Source: Sminthopsis crassicaudata (lineage: Eukaryota). Taken from it: a stretch of DNA of 64,000 nucleotides. Both the position numbers and the translations under genes were made by a program. Positions 63,401 to 64,000 of this stretch are shown piece after piece. The DNA is taken from the NCBI RefSeq assembly GCF_048593235.1, contig NC_133623.1, positions 33,782,211 to 33,846,210 of the forward strand. The letters are read 5' to 3'. Each line of letters starts with the position of its first letter. Positions within the stretch are counted from its first letter, which is position 1. The notes under the pieces were generated by a model. It was not told the DNA's origin, made no database searches, and saw only the letters and a list, made by a program, of their open reading frames with translations.

Positions 63401-64000
63401 CATTGCATAATTGGATAAGAATGGCTAAAGAACACTCTTTCCATAGAGCAGAATTGGAAGGATGCATACAATAAGGCCAACAAGTTCTTGCTGGCTGGTC
63501 ACAGCTTGGTGAGCCAAAAAAGGAAAGGCACATCCAGGGGAGAGCTGAGAGGAAAAGCAGGGACATTTGAAGAGGAGATCAGAAGGTCAAGTACTTCATT
63601 AAGACAGATGGCTGGTTTTAACGAGGGCCAGCCCTGCTTACCTCAGTAAGCAGAACACAAGAGCGTGTAATTTTAGATTTCAAAAATAGTAAAAACAAAG
63701 CACTCCTTCAATTTTAAGTCTCTGACATTTATCATTTATTTTGAACACCTCTTTTAAAATCCAACATTTTCCACAAATATTTGAAGCCTACAAGAATGTA
63801 TTCCTTGTCAATGATCTTGGCAACTTCCCCCCTCTGAATTTCAGCAGCCTCTATTTTTATTTCATTCACTGATCCCTCTCCAGTGTTATCCAACTTTCCA
63901 TTTCTTATATCCAATTATGGCTATAAGCCAGCAAAATCCATATGCCATTATTTAAGGAGGCTTTTATTAGGTTAGAAGCTGCCTTCTGGATAATCCCTTG

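Noticed and set aside
63732-63914. 60-aa ORF faintly like a CR1/L3 ORF2 linker
   Set aside because: Similarity is too weak to call without a profile search.
1-64000. CRISPR arrays, tRNA/rRNA genes, NUMTs, CpG-island promoter, intact transposase or retroviral genes
   Set aside because: None seen. The only regular repeats are microsatellites and TSDs, and no ORF outside retroelements and the PPP1R3C relic has a recognisable domain.

Overview
Marsupial genomic DNA, probably an Australian dasyurid (inferred from the mix of L1, RTE, MAR1/MIR, L2 and HAL1-type repeats). It is AT-rich, CpG-poor and dominated by retroelement relics. I find no intact, recognisable protein-coding gene, no RNA gene and no CRISPR-like or other prokaryote-type system; almost every ORF in the track is a repeat remnant, a microsatellite read-through or noise. 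The one host-gene-derived feature is a decayed, intronless (processed) copy of PPP1R3C/PTG, the glycogen-targeting PP1 subunit, on the minus strand at about 51763-52700. It has lost its 3' end at the edge of an apparent ~0.8 kb inversion that splits an RTE element, and four of its first five Met codons read GTG. Other structures of note: a three-level nest (RTE > L1 > solo LTR) with readable target-site duplications (TSDs), an RTE with an inverted 5' leader, an L1 carrying an inverted copy of its own 3' end, a near full-length L1 inside a MIR, two young TSD-flanked L1 3' ends, two short local duplications near the window start and a 190-N assembly gap. Repeat family names come from my recall of motifs and consensus sequences, not a database search, and most repeat boundaries are approximate. 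I see no convincing undescribed biological system.
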